39,044 nt of DNA, from positions 1 through 39,044 of the IMG/VR virus record IMGVR_UViG_3300034069_000599, one strand, 5' to 3'. A program made the translations under genes and the position numbers. Each line of letters starts with the position of its first letter. The stretch's first letter is position 1. This DNA is from a virus. Below the pieces are notes generated by a model. That model searched no databases. It saw only the letters and a program-made list of their open reading frames with translations, and was not told where the DNA came from. Of the stretch, positions 31,831 to 39,044 are shown piece after piece.

Positions 31831-33466
31831 CATGAATGATGCTGGCGAGGTCCCCGCTTATCTGAACGAGGACCCTGGTTGGACGGAGGAGGAGGCGGCA
31901 AACGTCATTCCGTTTCGTCAAGCCAAAGGTGCCGAGGGCAAGGCAGCCGCACGCCCGGACCTTCCAGTCATTACGTTGGAAGCCGGTGAACTGCACAACA
32001 TTGCCACGGCCGGCGAGAATGCGTTGATCGGCTCCGATACGCCATTCTACGTACGCGGCGGGCGTCTGATGCGGCCGGTAGTCGATGACATGCCTGCATC
32101 GCACGGCCGGCGTACAAAGGTTGCGAGGTTGGAAGAAGTTACGGGCGCTGTCATGGTCGACCGGCTCTCGCGATCAGCGCTGTGGTTGAAATGGGATGGT
32201 CGCGCAAAGAAGCATGTGCCCGCCGATCCTAAGCCGGAAGTTGCGTCCACGATCCTATCCCGCGACGGCGAATGGCGTTTCCCGAGACTGTCCGGAGTCA
32301 TAACGACGCCCACGCTCCGTCCGGATGGCACGGTGCTGATCGAGCCGGGTTACGACCCTGCTACGCAGCTTTTGTTGCTTGACCCCCCGGCGATGCATCC
32401 GATCACCCCACGACCCGGCAAGAAACAGGCATTGTCCGCGCTCGCGTTTTTGGATGGGTTGCTAGACGAGTTTCCGTTTGTCGACGATGCAAGCCGGTCG
32501 GTTGCCTTATCGGCGCTTATCACCCCGGTTGTTCGTGGTGCCATTTCAGTAGCGCCAATGCACGTCACGAAAGCGCCGGTTGCCGGATCGGGGAAAAGCT
32601 ACATCATCGAACTCGCGTCCGCGATCAACAGCGGCGAGCGCGCCCCCGTTCTGAGCGCCGGCAAAAGCGAAGAGGAAATGGAAAAGCGGCTCGTTGGCGC
32701 GCTTTTATCCGGTCAGACGTTCATCTCGCTCGACAACGTGAATGGCGAGCTAGGTGGTGACTTCCTTTGCCAGGTGATTGAACGCCCTGTTGTGGCGGCG
32801 CGCCCTTTGGGGCAGTCGGCATTTGTCAAGATAGAGAGCCGCGCGACCTGCTTCGCTACCGGCAACAACATTCGCCTCGTCGGCGACATGACGCGCCGCG
32901 TCATCGTCTGCTCCTTAGACCCGGATATGGAACGACCTGAGCTTCGCGAGTTCAAGGGCGATCCGTTCGACACGGTAATGCAGGATCGCGGCAAATACGT
33001 ATCGGCAGCGCTGACGATCGTGCGCGCATATGTCGTCGCCGGCTTCCCCGACCAGTTGCCGCCGCTCGCGTCATTCGAGGAGTGGAGCAAGTTCGTCCGG
33101 TCGGCTCTCGTATGGCTAGGACGGCCCGACCCGATCGAAACGATGGAAAAGGCACGTGCCGACGATCCCATCAAAACGGCGCTCAGCAACCTCTACGCCG
33201 CCTGGTACGCGGCCGTGCAGAGCCAAGCGCAGACCACCGGCGAAATCGCCACTGTTGCGGCATCGCGCATGTTCGAAAGCCTCGCGCATCCGGCCCTCAA
33301 CGACGCCCTAATGGACATTGCTGAGGATCGTCGCGGAGGTATTTCGACCAAAACCCTAGGCCGCTACCTTGCCACGCACAAAGACCGAGTGGTCGATGGT
33401 CTCAAGATGGTCGAAGCCGGAAAAGACCGCACAAAGAAAGCCTTGTGGAAGGTTGTTTGTATATGA
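31820..33466 (+). CDS. P-loop NTPase, phage/plasmid primase-helicase-like replication protein
   Basis: Walker A KAPVAGSGKS, and a Walker B-like TFISLDNV. At 548 aa its size and layout resemble P4/D5-type (SF3) primase C-terminal helicases. It is the last early-right gene and lies next to the iteron region. Confidence 0.6.
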   Translation: MSDDMNDAGEVPAYLNEDPGWTEEEAANVIPFRQAKGAEGKAAARPDLPVITLEAGELHNIATAGENALIGSDTPFYVRGGRLMRPVVDDMPASHGRRTKVARLEEVTGAVMVDRLSRSALWLKWDGRAKKHVPADPKPEVASTILSRDGEWRFPRLSGVITTPTLRPDGTVLIEPGYDPATQLLLLDPPAMHPITPRPGKKQALSALAFLDGLLDEFPFVDDASRSVALSALITPVVRGAISVAPMHVTKAPVAGSGKSYIIELASAINSGERAPVLSAGKSEEEMEKRLVGALLSGQTFISLDNVNGELGGDFLCQVIERPVVAARPLGQSAFVKIESRATCFATGNNIRLVGDMTRRVIVCSLDPDMERPELREFKGDPFDTVMQDRGKYVSAALTIVRAYVVAGFPDQLPPLASFEEWSKFVRSALVWLGRPDPIETMEKARADDPIKTALSNLYAAWYAAVQSQAQTTGEIATVAASRMFESLAHPALNDALMDIAEDRRGGISTKTLGRYLATHKDRVVDGLKMVEAGKDRTKKALWKVVCI

Positions 33467-33479
33467 CCTTTGGTCTTTA

Positions 33480-33506
33480 TGCAGGATTTGCAGGATTTGC
33501 AGGATT
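33480..33506. repeat. Three perfect tandem 9-bp iterons (TGCAGGATT x3), forming the left arm of an inverted iteron array
   Basis: Read directly. 33480-33504 is the exact reverse complement of 33568-33592. Confidence 0.95.
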
Positions 33507-33565
33507 AGTTTCAGCCACGTGTGTGAAAATGCCACGTGCATAATTGGGAGGTACGAGGTGAAAGC

Positions 33566-33592
33566 CTTCCTGCAAATCCTGCAAATCCTGCA
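33566..33592. repeat. Inverted iterons (cTTCCTGCA, AATCCTGCA, AATCCTGCA), forming the right arm
   Basis: 25 of 25 bases complementary to the left arm. The 63-bp spacer carries GCCACGTG twice (33514-33521 and 33531-33538) and a CATAAT -10-like hexamer (33539-33544). Confidence 0.95.
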
Positions 33593-33619
33593 CGCGGCCT
33601 CACCCCTTTCATCGTCGCC

Positions 33620-33742
33620 ATGATCCGCACCCCGGCCGATGCGCTTGTCAAGGCGGACCCGGTGAAGCTGGCGGCGAAGTATGCGATTCCGGTAGAGTGG
33701 GCTCGGTTCTACATTTCGAGCTGGATTAGGAGCGGGTGTTGA
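33620..33742 (+). CDS. Small hypothetical protein (40 aa) just upstream of terS
   Basis: GC3 rises from about 33595. Translation: MIRTPADALVKADPVKLAAKYAIPVEWARFYISSWIRSGC. Start uncertain: the ORF track begins the same frame at GTG 33536, inside the iteron spacer. Confidence 0.35.
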   Translation: MIRTPADALVKADPVKLAAKYAIPVEWARFYISSWIRSGC

Positions 33743-34218
33743 AGATGGCCGGTGAGCAATGTATGGGTGACGGCATGGGGCGTCACTCTACCTTTACTAA
33801 GGAAATTGCAGACGAAATCTGCGATCGTATAAGCTCGGGTGAGCCATTGGCGCAGATCTGTCGCGACGAGTATATGCCGGCGCTTCGGACGGTTTATGAC
33901 TGGCAAGTGGCTGACGAAGAGTTTTCCGCTGGGATCGCGCGCGCGAGGGAAGCCGGATTTGATCAAATCGCGATGGACGCTCTGCACATTGCCGACGACA
34001 ATGGCCGTGATACCAGGCTGATCGGGCCCGAGGGTGCTGAGCGAGAGGCTCCCGATCATGAGTGGATTAGCCGTTCAAAGCTGCGTGTTGAAACTAGGCT
34101 GAAGCTTCTCGCGAAGTGGGACCCCAAGCGGTACGGCGAGCGTCAACTTGTCGGCTCTGATCCCGACAATCCGCTTCCGGCCGGGGTGCATGTTACCTTC
34201 GGGCGCGTGAAGACGTGA
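33736..34218 (+). CDS. terS: Terminase small subunit
   Basis: GRHSTFTKEIADEICDRISSGEPLAQICRDEYMPALRTVYDWQVADEEFSAGIARAREAGFD...SKLRVETRLKLLAKWDPKRYGE matches the widespread HTH-type TerS pattern (GRPskyt.e.a..Ic..i.eG.sl..iC ... R ... f ... AR ... r ... KW.l.k..PkkYG). Start is ambiguous among GTG 33736, ATG 33745 and ATG 33775. Confidence 0.8.
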   Translation: MLKMAGEQCMGDGMGRHSTFTKEIADEICDRISSGEPLAQICRDEYMPALRTVYDWQVADEEFSAGIARAREAGFDQIAMDALHIADDNGRDTRLIGPEGAEREAPDHEWISRSKLRVETRLKLLAKWDPKRYGERQLVGSDPDNPLPAGVHVTFGRVKT

Positions 34219-35441
34219 TCGTCAACACCGAACTCGGGCCATGGGCTGAGGCGCTATTCGAGCCGAGCCGGTTCAAGGCGATATGGGGCGGGCGAGGCGG
34301 CGGGAAGTCACGATCGGTCGCCAAAGCGCTTGTTCTGAAAGCGCTGCAAGGCCCGGAGAGGGTTCTATGCGCGCGTGAGGTGCAGAAAAGCATCAAGGAT
34401 AGTTCGAAGCGTCTGCTGGATGATGAAATCCGGCGAATGGGGGTCGAGTCGTTTTTCGACAGCACCGAAACCGAGATACGCGGCCGCAATGGATCGTTGT
34501 TCATCTTCGCCGGTTTGCGAGGCAACGCCAACCAGATCAAATCACTTGAGGGCGTGACACTCGCTTGGGTGGACGAAGCGCAGGTTATTACTCAGGCTTC
34601 CTTGGATACCCTGATACCGACTATCCGCGCGCCTAGTTCGGAAGTCTGGTTGACCTGGAATCCGCTCAAAGCCGACGATCCCGTGGACGCGCTCTTTCGT
34701 GGCGTTTCGCCCCCGCCGGGCTCGCGAGTGATTGAAGTTCAGCATGACGATAATCCATGGTTCCCGGACGAGTTGCGGGTGCAAATGGAATGGCAACGCG
34801 AACGGGATTACGACAAGTACCTGCACATTTGGCGAGGTGCGTACTGGCGGAACAGTGAAGCGCAGGTGTTCAGGAACTGGCGCATTGGCGCTGAGGTGGA
34901 TTTCGAGGGGGCGGCAGTCGCGGAGTATCGCTTCGGTGCGGATTTCGGCTACAGCATCGATCCGTCCTGCCTGATTCGCTGCTACCTGCGAGGCCAGACC
35001 CTGTACGTCGATTATGAGGCATACATGGTTGGGTGCGAAATTGAGCAACTCCCGCAACTCTTTGGTCGTGTTCCTGGGTCGTCCGATTGGCCCTTGACCT
35101 GCGATAGCAGCCGCCCGGAAACGATTAGCTACCTACGCCGAAACGGCTTTTCCAAGGTCCGGCCGAGCGTGAAGGGTGCGGGTTCGGTTGAAGAGGGCGT
35201 AGCCTTTTTGCAGGCGTATGACATCGTTGTTCATCCGCGATGCACGCATGTTGCGGACGAGCTGGCGACCTACAGCTATAAGCTCGACAAGCTTACCGGG
35301 GAGCCGACGCCGGTTTTGGAAGACAAGAATAACCATTTGATGGATGCTTTGCGCTACGCCTTGGAAGGTGTAAGGCGGGTGAAGGCAAAGCCCACATCGG
35401 TAAGTGTCGTCGTGCCGAGGATGGTTGGAGGATTCCGGTAA
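34215..35441 (+). CDS. terL: Terminase large subunit (ATPase plus nuclease)
   Basis: Walker A WGGRGGGKS near the N-terminus. Walker B-like LAWVDEAQ. GTGA overlap with terS. Followed by the portal gene. Confidence 0.9.
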   Translation: MIVNTELGPWAEALFEPSRFKAIWGGRGGGKSRSVAKALVLKALQGPERVLCAREVQKSIKDSSKRLLDDEIRRMGVESFFDSTETEIRGRNGSLFIFAGLRGNANQIKSLEGVTLAWVDEAQVITQASLDTLIPTIRAPSSEVWLTWNPLKADDPVDALFRGVSPPPGSRVIEVQHDDNPWFPDELRVQMEWQRERDYDKYLHIWRGAYWRNSEAQVFRNWRIGAEVDFEGAAVAEYRFGADFGYSIDPSCLIRCYLRGQTLYVDYEAYMVGCEIEQLPQLFGRVPGSSDWPLTCDSSRPETISYLRRNGFSKVRPSVKGAGSVEEGVAFLQAYDIVVHPRCTHVADELATYSYKLDKLTGEPTPVLEDKNNHLMDALRYALEGVRRVKAKPTSVSVVVPRMVGGFR

Positions 35442-35457
35442 TGAGCGTGGGATCGGC

Positions 35458-37743
35458 ATGAACGACGGTATCGCGGAATCCGGCACTAGCCGCAAGAGCA
35501 AGGCGGATCGCAACGCCAAGGTTCATGAAGACGCGATGCGCCTGTTCGATGCGATCTGGGCTGTCGAGGCTCCGCAGCGAGAGCAGAACATCCGCGATCG
35601 GCGCTTGGCCCGCATACGTGGCGCATGGTGGGAAGGCCAACTCGCGTTCGGCGAAGCCGTCGATGAATACGGCAACCCCGTCGACACCGGTGCGCCGCGC
35701 TTGGAAATCCCGAAGTTTCTTCGCGCTTCCCGGCGCATCAAGGGTGAATACCGATCCAGTCGCAAGATGGTCGACTTCAAACCCAAGGGTGAGGACAGCG
35801 ACAAGGCCAGCGCGAACAATCTCGACGGACTGTATCGCGCTGACCTCAACGACAGTCCAGGCGGATTCGGCGCGGCGCAGGACAACGCTTTTGACGAGGG
35901 CATTGACGGCGGTATCGGTGGCTGGCGTTTGCGCGCTCGGTACGACGACGAGACGGACGAGAAAAACGAACAGCAGCGCATTGAGTTCGTACCGGTCCAT
36001 GATGCGGACATGTCCATGTTCTTTGATCTTGGCGCGCGGCGACAGGATAAGAGCGATGCGCGCCACGGATTCTTGCTGTTTCGCATGAGCCGCGAGGCAT
36101 TCGAAGCAGAGTATCCGGAAGCCTCCGCTTCCACATTCGACAAGGCCGCGCTCCCTTGGTCCTATGACTGGACACGGCAGGACGACATTACGCTGGCGGA
36201 ATATTTCCGTGTTGATGAACGATCAATTCTGCGACGCACGTTCCGGCAGACGGCGCTTGATGCTGCTGAGCTGCCGGAGGGCATAGAGGCGGACGAGCAG
36301 ACGCACGATGACGCCGACTTACGCGCCAATGACGGCAAACTGGAAAGCGACCTTCACGACAAGGGTTACGTCCAGGTTCGGTCGCGACGCATCAAGCGCC
36401 CCCGCGTGGTCAAGTATGTGCTGAGCGGGACGGAATGCCTAGAAGGTCCGGAAACACTGCCGGGTCGGTATGTTCCACTGATCCCCTATTATGCCGAACG
36501 CACGGTGATTGAGGGCATTGAACGAACGCAGGGGATCATCCGACCAGGTATCGACGCGGGCCGGCTGTATAACCTGATGGCGAGCAATCTTGCCGAGACG
36601 GCTGCGGCACCTGCGGACGAAACGCCCATTGTCTCGCCTGATCAGGTCGATGGCCCGATCCTGTTGTCATGGGCTCGTCGTAAGGTCGACCGCCCGGCGG
36701 TGCTGGTGTTGAAGGATGTGTACGCAGAGGACGGGTCCATACTGCGGTCTGGCCTCGCCGGCGTGGTTAACGTCCCTCAGGTCGCCCCCGCCACCGCTGC
36801 ACTTATCCAGATGGCAGGCACCGACATTCCCGACATCATGGGGCTGAACGAGCAGCCTGCTACGGTGCCCGCGAACACATCGGCGGCGGCGATCCAGCTT
36901 GTCAACGACCGTGGCGACGTGGCCGATTTCGTGTGGCGCGACAATTTCGAACAAGCCTTGGCGCACGATGGCCGGGTGTGGTTGAGCATGGCGCAGGATC
37001 TCTATGTCGAGGAGGGCCGCAAGATGACGACGGTAAGCCCGGAGGGTAAGCAATCCACGATTACGCTTGCCGAGCGCCAAGCCGATGACGAGGGCTCGCG
37101 AATCGCAAACGATCTGACGACGGGTCGGTACGATGTGATCGTGGATGTTGGCCCGGCAACGAAAACTCGGCGGGACGCGACGGTGAAGAACTGCCTCGCC
37201 ATCGGCCAGGTAGCGCAAGGGTCGGCTGATCCGTCCATGGCCCCGATTGCCGCCGCCATGCTGGGCACGGCCATTCTGAACATGGAAGGCGAGGGTATTG
37301 AGGGCCCGCAAGCGTTGGTGCGCAAGGTGGGCTTGCAACAAGGGTGGGTGGAGCCGACCGAGGAAGAGGCTGCGCAACTCGCGGCACAACAGGCGGCTCA
37401 GGGCGAGCAGCAGGACCCGAACCTGATCGCGGCCAATGCGCAGATGCTGCTAGCGCAAGCCGAAGAAATGAAGGCGCGTACCGGCTTGATCGCCGAGGAG
37501 ACGCGGCGGATCACGGCGGAAGCCAACGCCGAGAAAGCCCGCGCGGAGACGGCCGCGGCACTGGCGGGGATTGACCGAAAGGATCGTGAACAGGTGCTTG
37601 ACGAGGTTAAGCAGGCGGTGGAGCAGGGCCGGGCGGACGAGCGCGACGACCACGGCCAGCGGATGGATGTGATTGACCGAACGATGAGCGCGGAAAGGCA
37701 TGATGCCGATATGACGGGAGGCGCCTATGGCAACGCAGTTTGA
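35458..37743 (+). CDS. Portal protein, P22 gp1-like with a long C-terminal helical barrel region
   Basis: GIGGWRLRARYDDE vs recalled P22 GVGAWRLVTDYEDQ, DKSDARHGFLLF vs DKSDARHCTVIH, RRIKRPRVVKYVLSG vs RQIKRRRVYKSIITC, and GRYDVIVDVGP vs GRYECYTDVGP. The C-terminus is Ala/Gln/Glu-rich. In-frame upstream alternative start at 35404. Confidence 0.93.
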   Translation: MNDGIAESGTSRKSKADRNAKVHEDAMRLFDAIWAVEAPQREQNIRDRRLARIRGAWWEGQLAFGEAVDEYGNPVDTGAPRLEIPKFLRASRRIKGEYRSSRKMVDFKPKGEDSDKASANNLDGLYRADLNDSPGGFGAAQDNAFDEGIDGGIGGWRLRARYDDETDEKNEQQRIEFVPVHDADMSMFFDLGARRQDKSDARHGFLLFRMSREAFEAEYPEASASTFDKAALPWSYDWTRQDDITLAEYFRVDERSILRRTFRQTALDAAELPEGIEADEQTHDDADLRANDGKLESDLHDKGYVQVRSRRIKRPRVVKYVLSGTECLEGPETLPGRYVPLIPYYAERTVIEGIERTQGIIRPGIDAGRLYNLMASNLAETAAAPADETPIVSPDQVDGPILLSWARRKVDRPAVLVLKDVYAEDGSILRSGLAGVVNVPQVAPATAALIQMAGTDIPDIMGLNEQPATVPANTSAAAIQLVNDRGDVADFVWRDNFEQALAHDGRVWLSMAQDLYVEEGRKMTTVSPEGKQSTITLAERQADDEGSRIANDLTTGRYDVIVDVGPATKTRRDATVKNCLAIGQVAQGSADPSMAPIAAAMLGTAILNMEGEGIEGPQALVRKVGLQQGWVEPTEEEAAQLAAQQAAQGEQQDPNLIAANAQMLLAQAEEMKARTGLIAEETRRITAEANAEKARAETAAALAGIDRKDREQVLDEVKQAVEQGRADERDDHGQRMDVIDRTMSAERHDADMTGGAYGNAV

Positions 37744-38542
37744 GGACTTGACCGACTCGCCGGAGGATGAAGCAACCGAAAGCGAACAGCCGGAAAATGA
37801 GCAGTTCGACGGCGGCGAGGGCGAGCATGTTGAGATCAGCTTCGGTGATACGCCGGTAGCAGGCGACGACGAAAGCGAAGGTGTTCGCAACCTCCGTCGA
37901 CGTTTGCGCGAGCGTGAGGACGAGTTGCGCGCGCTACGCGGGCAAGCACAGCCGGACACCGTTGGCGACAAGCCGACGATGGATGACTATTGGGACAGGC
38001 CAGACGAATATGAGCGCGACCTGCTGGCATGGAGCGAGCGCAAGCGCAAAAGCGATGACGCCCAGCGCGAACAGCAGCAGCAGGCCGAGGTCGAGCAACG
38101 CAAGTTTGCCGACGCGTCTAGTAGCTATGACCGACAGCGCGCCAGCCTCCCCGTGGCCAATTTCGATGCGGCGCATGACCGACTGGTTGAAAAGCTTGGC
38201 GAACCCGGATTGCGTGTGCTGAACGTCGTGGCCGGCGACAAAAGCGCGGCGCTGGTCTATGCGCTTGGCAACACGCCGGATCGCCTTGAGGCGCTCGGCA
38301 AGCACAATCTTAGGAGCCTGCCCGATCTGCTGCAATTCGCGGCGGAGGTAGGCAGCATGGCAAAGGCGGTGAACGTGAACGATCGCAGAAAGCCGGCGAC
38401 CCAGCCGGAATCGGTACATCGTGGGTCCGGCGGTGGAAGTGGTAGGGGCGATGCCAAGTTGGAGCGCCTTGAGCGGGAGGCGCGCACGTCTGGCAACCGA
38501 ACCGATCTGATCAATTACAAGCGGGAGAAGGGCATTGACTGA
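37727..38542 (+). CDS. Scaffolding protein
   Basis: Lies between portal and coat as in P22 gene 8. 271 aa, highly charged and helical (acidic N-terminus, ERKRKSDDAQREQQQQAEVEQRK). GGGAGG SD. Confidence 0.65.
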   Translation: MATQFEDLTDSPEDEATESEQPENEQFDGGEGEHVEISFGDTPVAGDDESEGVRNLRRRLREREDELRALRGQAQPDTVGDKPTMDDYWDRPDEYERDLLAWSERKRKSDDAQREQQQQAEVEQRKFADASSSYDRQRASLPVANFDAAHDRLVEKLGEPGLRVLNVVAGDKSAALVYALGNTPDRLEALGKHNLRSLPDLLQFAAEVGSMAKAVNVNDRRKPATQPESVHRGSGGGSGRGDAKLERLEREARTSGNRTDLINYKREKGID

Positions 38543-38543
38543 G

Positions 38544-38987
38544 ATGGTGAAACGGCATCGCAGCCCGGATGATTTGACCGACGTGTTCTACACGGACGGT
38601 ACGGTCGACTATTCGCGCGTTCAGGGCAACAACCCCCTGTCCGGCGGTGAGTATCCTCGCATGATGTACCGGGCGGGGGGCAGCGAAATCGTGCACGGTG
38701 TCAAGGTCGATACTCTGACTGTCGGCGATCAGTCCGAAGAGGACGGCGCCAACGAGCAAGGATATCGACGCACTCCGCGTGAAGCCGAGCGTTTCGGGCA
38801 GACCTTGTTGACCCCGCCTGCGCTTCCCGCCGCCTCAACACCTGACCCTCGCGATGAAGAAATCGCTCGGCTCAAGGCGGCGTTAGAGGCCAGCTTGGAT
38901 CGGGAAGCGCCGCGCCGGGGGAGGCCGCGCAAGGCCGAAGGCGCGACCGACGATAACCCGCTTGCACCGCAGGACGGATCGGAGTAA
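38544..38987 (+). CDS. Hypothetical head-module protein (147 aa) with a C-terminal AT-hook-like RRGRPRK
   Basis: Lies between scaffold and coat. In-frame TTG 38535 is an alternative start. The C-terminal 26 codons lie in the terminal repeat, so the gene spans the circular junction. Confidence 0.6.
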   Translation: MVKRHRSPDDLTDVFYTDGTVDYSRVQGNNPLSGGEYPRMMYRAGGSEIVHGVKVDTLTVGDQSEEDGANEQGYRRTPREAERFGQTLLTPPALPAASTPDPRDEEIARLKAALEASLDREAPRRGRPRKAEGATDDNPLAPQDGSE

Positions 38988-39044
38988 GCACTCGTCTCAA
39001 GCCATCAGTTTCCGGGGTGCTGTGAACTCCGCGTATCGGCGAGC
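38911..39044. repeat. Terminal direct repeat, right copy
   Basis: Identical to 1-134, which gives a unit genome of 38,910 bp. Confidence 0.95.

Noticed and set aside
33369-33623. 84-aa ORF running through both iteron arms
   Set aside because: It overlaps the helicase 3' end, and its translation (CRICRICRI...LQILQIL) merely reflects the iterons. Only the last 21 codons, after the GGGAGG-GTG, might be translated as a coupling leader.
35293-37971. Minus-strand and alternative-frame ORFs within the portal and scaffold genes (35293-36066, 35523-36143, 36667-37389, 37450-37971 and others)
   Set aside because: The portal frame is fixed by several P22 gp1-like blocks, and the alternatives are Arg/Pro/Ser-rich junk.

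Overview
The window is a complete, closed phage genome. Bases 1-134 are identical to 38911-39044, so the unit length is 38,910 bp and the contig is circular or circularly permuted. It is high-GC and very tightly packed, with most gene junctions being ATGA, GTGA or TAATG overlaps.

The morphogenesis module is P22-like. From my memory of the P22 proteins, I recognise coat gp5, portal gp1, gp4, gp10, the C-terminus of needle gp26 and the head-binding domain of tailspike gp9. The gene order is terS-terL-portal-scaffold-(147 aa)-coat-(5 extra genes)-gp4-gp10-needle-gp14 position-3 ejection proteins-tailspike.

There are three transcription blocks:
- **Late block (+ strand):** starts about 33.6 kb, wraps through the junction and ends at 16.86 kb with a membrane-protein cluster and a GH108 endolysin cassette.
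- **Early-left block (- strand), 29.22 to 17.31 kb:** two proteins with internal tandem repeats, a YqaJ exonuclease plus Sak4-like ATPase recombination pair, a C5-cytosine methyltransferase, a Dam-class N6-adenine methyltransferase, and DUF551 and DUF4326 proteins.
- **Early-right block (+ strand), 29.39 to 33.47 kb:** a Cro/YdaS-like regulator, small membrane peptides, a VRR-NUC nuclease and a P-loop primase/helicase-like protein.

I found no integrase, CI-type repressor, tRNA, CRISPR array or transposase.

The items most worth a second look are:
- a perfect 25-bp inverted array of 9-bp iterons between the helicase gene and terS;
- a DNA-modification island containing a low-GC3 insert that encodes an HxD...H...RxS protein (dioxygenase-like);
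- a C5-methyltransferase whose conserved motifs sit in two different reading frames;
- two early proteins built from 27-bp and 12-bp in-frame tandem repeats;
- a lysis region with no recognisable spanins that ends in a 55-aa cationic peptide;
- a 15-bp perfect hairpin covering the coat gene ribosome-binding site.

All homology statements rest on recalled motifs and sequences. No searches were run.
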